Assembly: GCA_964016885.1 (NCBI GenBank) | Contig: OZ024742.1 | Location: 37,138,001-37,202,000, forward strand | Direction: 5' to 3' | DNA from: Eledone cirrhosa | Lineage: Eukaryota | DNA length: 64,000 nucleotides | Shown: one piece after another, positions 56,001 through 64,000 of the stretch | Position numbering within the stretch: position 1 is the stretch's first letter | Layout of the letters: the number at the start of each line of letters is the position of its first letter | Notes under the pieces: model-generated | What the model was told of the DNA's origin: nothing | The model's input: the letters and a program-made list of their open reading frames with translations, nothing else | Databases searched by the model: none | Program-made: the position numbers and the translations under genes

Positions 56001-59000
56001 TTACACTACTGTCACTGTACTGATGTTACACTACTGTCACTGTACTGATGTTACACTACTGTCTCTATACTGATGTTACACTACTGTCACTGTACCGATG
56101 TTACACTACTGACACTGTACTGATGTTACATTACTGTCACTGTAGTGATGTTACACTACTGTCACTGTACTGATGTTACACTACTGTCAATGTCACTGAT
56201 GTTACACTACTGTCACTGTACTGATATTAGACTACTGTTACTGATGTTACATTACTGTCACTGTACTGATGTTACACTACTGTCACTGTACTGATGTTAC
56301 ATTACTGCCACTGTAATGATGTTACACTACTGTCACTGTACCGATGTTACACTACTGACACTGTACTGATGTAACACTACTGTCACTGTTCTGATGTTAC
56401 ACTACTGTCACTGTACTGATGTTACACTACTGTCACTGTAGTGATGTTACACTACTGTCACTGTACCGATGTTACACTACTGACACTGTACCGATGTTAC
56501 ACTACTGTCACTGTACTGATGTTACACTACTGTCACTGTACTGATGTTACACTACTGTCACTGTAATGATGTTACACTACTGTCACTGTACTGATGTTAC
56601 ACTAATGTCACTGTAGTGATGGTACACTACTGTCACAGTACTGATGTTACACTACTGTCACTGATGTTACACTACTGTCACTGTAATATTACACTACTGT
56701 CACTGTAGTGATGTTACACTACTGTCACTGTACTGATGTTACACTACTGTCACTGTACTGATGTTACACTACTGTCACTGTCACTGATGTTACACTGCTG
56801 GCACTGTACTGATGTTACACTACTGTCACTGTAGTGATGTTACACTGCTGTCACTGTACTGATGTTACACTACTGTCACTGTCACTGATGTTACACTACT
56901 GTCACTGTACTGATGTTACACTGCTGTCACTGTACCGATGTTACACTACTGTCACTGTACTGATGTTACACTACTGTCACTGTCACTGATGTTACACTAC
57001 TGTCACTGTCACTGATGTTACACTACTGTCACTGTACTGATGTTACACTACTGTCACTGTACCGATGTTACACTACTGTCACTGTATTGATGTTACATTA
57101 CTGTCACTGTAATGATGTTACATTACTGTCACTGTAATGATGTTACACTACTGTCACTGTACTGATGTTACACTACTGTCACTGTCACTGATGTTACACT
57201 ACTGTCACTGTACCGATGTTATACTACTGACACTGTAGTTATGTTACACTACTGTCACTAATATTACACTACTGTCACTGTAATGATTTTACACTACTGT
57301 CACTACTGATGTTACACTACTGTCACTGTAATGATGTTACATTACTGTCACTGTACTGATGTTATACTACTGTCACTGATGTTACACTACTGTCACTGTA
57401 ATGATGTTACACTACTGTCACTGTACTGATGTTACACTACTGTCACTGTAGTGATGTTACACTACTGTCACTGATGTTACATTACTGCCACTGTAATGAT
57501 ATTACACTACTGTCACTGTACCGATGTTACAATACTGTCACTGATGTTACACTACTGTCACTGTAGTGATGTTACATTATTGTCACTGTAATGATGTTAC
57601 ACTACTGTCACTGTACTGATGTTACATTACTGTCACTGTACTGATGTTAGAGTACTGTCACTGTACTGATGTTACACTACTGTCACTGTACTGATATTAC
57701 ACTACTGTCACTGTACTGATGTTACACTGCTGTCACTGTAGTGATGTTATACTACTGTCACGCTAGTGATGTTATACTACTGTCACTGTAGTGATGTTAC
57801 ACTACTGTCACTGTACTGATGTTACACTACTGTCACTGTACTGATGTTACACTACTGTCACTGTACTGATGTTACACTACTGTCACTGTACTGATGTTAC
57901 AGTACTGTCACTGTACTGATGTTACACTACTGTCACTGTACTGATGTTACACTACTGTCTCTATACTGATGTTACACTACTGTCACTGTACCGATGTTAC
58001 ACTACTGACACTGTACTGATGTTACATTACTGTCACTGTAGTGATGTTACACTACTGTCACTGTACTGATGTTACACTACTGTCAATGTCACTGATGTTA
58101 CACTACTGTCACTGTACTGATATTACACTACTGTTACTGATGTTACATTACTGTCACTGTACTGATGTTACACTACTGTCACTGTACTGATGTTACATTA
58201 CTGCCACTGTAATGATGTTACACTACTGTCACTGTAGTGATGTTACACTACTGTCACTGTACTGATATTACACTACTGTCACTGATGTTACATTACTGTC
58301 ACTGTAGTGATGTTACACTACTGTCACTGTCACTGATGTTACATTACTGCCACTGTAATGATGTTACAGTACTGTCACTGTACCGATGTTACACTACTGA
58401 CACTGTACTGATGTAACACTACTGTCACTGTTCTAATGTTACACTACTGTCACTGTACTGATGTTACACTACTGTCACTGTAGTGATGTTACACTACTGT
58501 CACTGTACCGATGTTACACTACTGACACTGTACTGATGTTACACTACTGTCACTGTACTGATGTTACACTACTGTCACTGTACTGATGTTACACTACTGT
58601 CACTGTAATGATGTTACACTACTGTCACTGTACTGATGTTACACTAATGTCACTGTAGTGATGGTACACTACTGTCACAGTACTGATGTTACACTACTGT
58701 CACTGATGTTACACTACTGTCACTGTAATATTACACTACTGTCACTGTAGAGATGTTACACTACTGTCACTGTACTGATGTTACATTACTGTCACTGTAG
58801 TGATGTTACACTACTGTCACTGTACTGATGTTACACTACTGTCACTGTACCGATGTTACACTACTGTCACTGTACTGATGTTACACTACTGTCACTGTAA
58901 TGATGTTACACTACTGTCACTGTACTGATGTTACACTACTGTCACTGTACTGATGTTACACTACTGTCACTGTAATGATCTAACACTACTGTCACTGTAC

Positions 59001-62000
59001 TGATGTTACACTACTGTCACTGTACTGATGTTACATTACTGTCACTGTACTGATGTTACACTACTGTCACTGTACTGATACATTACTGTCACTGTACTGA
59101 TGTTACACTACTGTGACTGATGTTACACTACTGTCACTGTACTGATGTTACACTACTGTCACTGTAGTGATGTTACACTACTGTCACTGTACTGATGTTA
59201 CACTACCGTCACTGTCACTGATGTTACACTACTGTCACTGTAATGATGTTACACTACTGTCACTGTAATGATGTTACACTACTGTCACTGTAATGATGTT
59301 ACACTACTGTCACTCTACTGATGTTACATTACTGTCACTGTCACTGATGTTACACTACTCTCACTGTAATGATGTTACACTACTGTCACTGTAATGATGT
59401 TACACTACTGTCACTGTAATGATGTTACACTACTGTCACTGTAATGATGTTACACTACTGTCACTGTACTGATACATTACTGTCACTGTCACTGATGTTA
59501 CACTACTGTCACTGTAATGATGTTACACTACTGTCACTACTGATGTTACACTACTGTAACTGTACTGATGTTACACTACTGTCACTGTCACTGATGTTAC
59601 ACTACTGTCACTGTACTGATGTTACACTACAGTCACTGTAATGATGTTACACTACTGTCACTGTAATGATTTTACACTACTGTCACTGTCAGTGATGTTA
59701 CACTACTGTCACTGTACTGATGTTACACTACTGTCACTGTACTGATGTTACACTGCTGTCACTGTCACTGATGTTACACTACTGTCACTGTACTGATGTT
59801 ACACTACTGTCACTGTCACTGATGTTACACTGCTGTCACTGTACTGATGTTACACTACTGTCACTGTACTGATGTTACACTACTGTCACTGTACTGATGT
59901 TACACTACTGTCACTGTAGTGATGTTACACTACTGTCACTGTACTTATGTTACTCTACTGTCACTGTAATGATGTTACACTACTGTCACTGTAATGATGT
60001 TACACTACTGTCACTGTAATGATGTTACACTACTGTCACTGTACTGATGTTACATTACTGTCACTGTCACTGATGTTACACTACCGTCACTGTAATGATG
60101 TTACACTACTGTCACTGTAATGATTTTACACTACTGTCACTGTCACTGATGTTACACTACTGTCACTGTACTGATGTTACACTACTGTCACTGTACTGAT
60201 GTTACACTGCTGTCACTGTCACTGATGTTACACTACTGTCACTGTCACTGATGTTACACTACTGTCACTGTACTGATGTTACACTACTGTCACTGTACTG
60301 ATGTTACACTGCTGTCACTGTACTGATGTTACACTACTGTCACTGTACTGATGTTACATTACTGTCACTGTACTGATGTTACACTACTGTCACTGTACTG
60401 ATGTTACACTGCTGTCACTGTACTGATGTTACACTACTGTCACTGTACTGATGTTACACTACTGTCACTGTACTGATGTTACACTGCTGTCACTGTACTG
60501 ATGTTACACTACTGTCACTGTAATGATGTTACACTGCTGTCACTGTACTGATGTTACACTACTGTCACTGTACTGATGTTACATTACTGTCACTGTACTG
60601 ATGTTACACTACTGTCACTGTACTGATGTTACACTACTGTCACTGTACTGATGTTACACTGCTGTCACTGTACTGATGTTACACTACTGTCACTGTACTG
60701 ATGTTACATTACTGTCACTGTACTGATGTTACACTACTGTCACTGTACTGATGTTACACTGCTGTCACTGTACTGATGTTACACTGCTGTCACTGTACTG
60801 ATGTTACACTGCTGTCACTGTACTGATGTTACACTGCTGTCACTGTACTGATGTTACATTACTGTCACTGTACTGATGTTACACTACCGTCACTGTCACT
60901 GATGTTACACTGCTGTCACTGTACTGATGTTACACTGCTGTCACTGTACTGATGTTACATTACTGTCACTGTACTGATGTTACACTGCTGTCACTGTACT
61001 GATGTTACATTACTGTCACTGTACTGATGTTACACTGCTGTCACTGTACTGATGTTACACTACTGTCACTGTACTGATGTTACACTGCTGTCACTGTACT
61101 GATGTTACACTACTGTCACTGTACTGATGTTACACTGCTGTCACTGTACTGATGTTACACTGCTGTCACTGTACTGATGTTACACTGCTGTCACTGTACT
61201 GATGTTACACTGCTGTCACTGTACTGATGTTACACTGCTGTCACTGTACTGATGTTACACTACTGTCACTGTACTGATGTTACACTGCTGTCACTGTACT
61301 GATGTTACACTGCTGTCACTGTACTGATGTTACACTGCTGTCACTGTACTGATGTTACACTACTGTCACTGTACTGATGTTACACTACTGTCACTGTACT
61401 GATGTTACACTACTGTCACTGTACTGATGTTACACTACTGTCACTGTACTGATGTTACACTACTGTCACTGTACTGATGTTACACTACTGTCACTGTACT
61501 GATGTTACACTGCTGTCACTGTACTGATGTTACACTACTGTCACTGTACTGATGTTACACTACTGTCACTGTACTGATGTTACACTACTGTCACTGTACT
61601 GATGTTACACTGCTGTCACTGTACTGATGTTACACTGCTGTCACTGTACTGATGTTACACTACTGTCACTGTACTGATGTTACACTACTGTCACTGTACT
61701 GATGTTACACTACTGTCACTGTACTGATGTTACACTGCTGTCACTGTACTGATGTTACACTGCTGTCACTGTACTGATGTTACACTACTGTCACTGTACT
61801 GATGTTACACTACTGTCACTGTACTGATGTTACACTACTGTCACTGTACTGATGTTACACTGCTGTCACTGTACTGATGTTACACTGCTGTCACTGTACT
61901 GATGTTACACTGCTGTCACTGTACTGATGTTACACTGCTGTCACTGTACTGATGTTACACTGCTGTCACTGTACTGATGTTACACTACTGTCACTGTACT

Positions 62001-62450
62001 GATGTTACACTGCTGTCACTGTACTGATGTTACACTGCTGTCACTGTACTGATGTTACACTGCTGTCACTGTACTGATGTTACACTACTGTCACTGTACT
62101 GATGTTACACTGCTGTCACTGTACTGATGTTACACTACTGTCACTGTACTGATGTTACACTACTGTCACTGTACTGATGTTACACTACTGTCACTGTACT
62201 GATGTTACACTACTGTCACTGTCACTGATGTTACACTGCTGTCACTGTACTGATGTTACACTGCTGTCACTGTCACTGATGTTACACTGCTGTCACTGTA
62301 CTGATGTTACACTGCTGTCACTGTACTGATGTTACACTGCTGTCACTGTCACTGATGTTACACTGCTGTCACTGTACTGATGTTACACTGCTGTCACTGT
62401 ACTGATGTTACACTACTGTCACTGTACTGATGTTACACTGCTGTCACTGT
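29029..62450. repeat. 33.4-kb satellite, 25-bp consensus GATGTTACACTACTGTCACTGTACT with 20-bp and 26-bp length variants, roughly 1300-1400 monomers, with higher-order repeats
   Basis: Direct periodicity; recurrent rare variant monomers mark larger periods. Confidence 0.98.
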
Positions 62451-62527
62451 TGATGGTTGTAGTGATGATGACGACAATGATTGCTGTGATGGAGTTGTTC
62501 AAGTTGATGACATTATATATACAATAT

Positions 62528-62690
62528 GTGGATTGGCAGTATCAGTTGAGGGTTGAATGCCATACTATGCAGCACAGAGTTACGGCTCTCGCCAAGGTTA
62601 ACTTTGTCTTTCATCCTTAAAGGGTCAATAAAATAAAGTACCAGTAAAGCACTGTGATAATTGCTGGCCTTGTGCCAAAAGCAGAAACAA
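62528..62690 (+). mobile_element. SINE family 1, internally deleted copy
   Basis: Head GTGGATTGGCAGTAT matches the head of the 3572-3778 copy, and the 3' half matches 16061-16160. Confidence 0.75.
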
Positions 62691-62715
62691 TTATATATAC
62701 AATATCTCTCCACAG

Positions 62716-62865
62716 AATCAGAAGCAGACCCACTTGCAAGAAAACACAGCATTAGCCTCTAAGTATCGCTGGCATCTGAACCAACACCTTTACCTGCAGT
62801 ACCTCCACGCACAAGAGTGTGACAAGAACTTACAGATACAACAATCAATCAAGGATATTAGACAG
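62716..62865 (+). CDS. CCDC178: Internal coding exon (150 nt, phase 0/0) of the CCDC178-like gene: NQKQTHLQENTALASKYRWHLNQHLYLQYLHAQECDKNLQIQQSIKDIRQ
   Basis: CTCTCCACAG acceptor and CAG|GTAAGA donor. The QEN..LA..Y...DK.L....SI.D..Q pattern aligns without gaps to the CCDC178 C-terminal region as I recall it; needs BLAST confirmation. Confidence 0.8.
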
Positions 62866-62879
62866 GTAAGATATAGACT

Positions 62880-63190
62880 GCTGGTAGTTGTTATTGTTGT
62901 TTCTGGTAGAGGTAGTGTTGGAGATATTAGTGGTGCTGTTGTTGTTGATGGTTGTCGGGCTGTTGGTGTTGTTGGTTGTCTTCTTCTTCTTCTTTTTCTC
63001 TTTTCTCTTTTTTCTTTTTCTTTTTCTTTTTCTTTTTCTTTTTCTTTTTTCTTTTTCTTCTTTATCTTTTTCTTCGTTTTCTTTTTCTTCTTCTTCAACA
63101 GCCACATTAGATGGTTTTGACTTGGTGGTGGTGTTGTTGTTGGTGGTGGTGGTGCGGTGGTGGTGGAAGTGGTGCGGTGGTGTTGTTGGC
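62880..63190. repeat. Low-complexity block: (GTT/GGT)n, (CTTTTT)n polypyrimidine tract (~62978-63097), (GGT)n
   Basis: Seen directly. Confidence 0.85.
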
Positions 63191-63494
63191 TTCTAGGTAC
63201 TGCTGGCCCCAGAACCAACATCGCTATGTTCAGTATACTCACACACAATAGAGTGACAAATTCACATTTAGAAATCAAATATCTTAGACAGGTGTAATAT
63301 GGACTAGAGTCTGTTATTGATCTTTTAAGCAATTTTTTAACATACGAGGGTCCTTTAGGGGGTAATATTGTTCAGCCAGATGTTTTTCGTGGCATCAAAT
63401 CTTTCAGTTGTCTCTACGACATTTAGGTATACATTGTACCTATCCTAAACTGGATACACATAGTATTGTAAAAATATTTGTTCCAGCTCATTGC

Positions 63495-63575
63495 GCCCCA
63501 AGTTCAAATTTTTTTAAAGTCAACTTTGCCTTTCCTCCTTTCAAAATTGATAAAATACCAGTACAGTACTGAAGT
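63495..63575 (+). mobile_element. Degraded SINE family 1 fragment
   Basis: AGTTCAAATT...GTCAACTTTGCCTTTCCTCCTTTC...GATAAAATACCAGT. Confidence 0.55.
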
Positions 63576-63893
63576 TCTCTCTCTCCCCTCCCCACTCTCT
63601 CTCTCTCTCTGACACACACGGACCCACACACACACAAGAAATCAGCTGTTTTAAGACTCTGAGAAGGAAAGCCTATGCTAGGTTTGAAATACCCCAGACA
63701 TGTCATGTGTCAGGACAGTACCCATATCACTCTACCCACAGTTAAGGGTTCTTTACTTTTATTTTATAGGTAGGGTATCAGGATTTTGGAAAATTATGTC
63801 AGGGTTTTGCAACAAAATAAACATTAGGAACTACTGATCTAAGTTCACAAATTTACACTCCTAATATTCTTATTTTTCTACATTATTTTCTAG

Positions 63894-64000
63894 TTGCTGT
63901 CAATGCAAGCAAAAGTGCACCAGAATCTGCACACCTATTTCCAGTACCGTGGTATGTACAACACGCAGACATTGCAGCACTTGCAGCATAAATCTCTTGA
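63894..64000 (+). CDS. CCDC178: Coding exon (partial, runs off the window) of the CCDC178-like gene: LLSMQAKVHQNLHTYFQYRGMYNTQTLQHLQHKSL
   Basis: T-rich tract plus TTTTCTAG acceptor and a phase 0 open frame to the window end. It continues the recalled gapless similarity to the CCDC178 C-terminus (L...Q...H......F...). Confidence 0.75.
   Translation, partial: MLSMQAKVHQNLHTYFQYRGMYNTQTLQHLQHKSL

Noticed and set aside
29029-62450. CRISPR array, or a gene for an HYCHC metal-binding repeat protein
   Set aside because: Monomers are head-to-tail with no unique spacers, there are no cas genes and the context is eukaryotic. ORFs are short chance openings with frequent TGA/TAA/TAG.
63197-63256. Possible terminal exon VLLAPEPTSLCSVYSHTIE* after TTCTAG
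   Set aside because: It has a weak pyrimidine tract and no similarity to the expected continuation, whereas the exon at 63894 continues the CCDC178-like pattern. An alternative end cannot be fully excluded.
62790-63332. Lys/Glu-rich minus-strand ORFs
   Set aside because: Produced by (CTTTTT)n and (GGT)n low-complexity tracts, antisense to a real exon.

Overview
Eukaryotic, AT-rich, repeat-dense animal genomic DNA. The SINE/RTE repertoire and long (TA)n tracts look like an octopus/coleoid cephalopod genome (inference). Four phase-compatible + strand exons (17309-17394, 28895-28968, 62716-62865, 63894->64000) encode the C-terminal coiled-coil region of a CCDC178-like protein, and the rest of the window appears intronic. 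One 33.7 kb intron is about 99% filled by a 25-bp satellite with ~2 kb, ~3.4 kb and ~7.8 kb higher-order structure. The first 29 kb holds a 19-bp minisatellite, interrupted (TA)n microsatellites, 5'-truncated RTE-clade LINEs of two families with a PHD-like finger in ORF2, tRNA-derived SINEs, a decayed Penelope-like element (RT + GIY-YIG) and three long inverted repeats. The most notable signal is a dense set of about 13 type I hammerhead-ribozyme-like motifs from several unrelated sequence families. These include one fully canonical copy on the host sense strand, U3-A8 compensatory core variants, and copies with greatly extended stem II. The long low-complexity ORFs in the supplied track are repeat artefacts.
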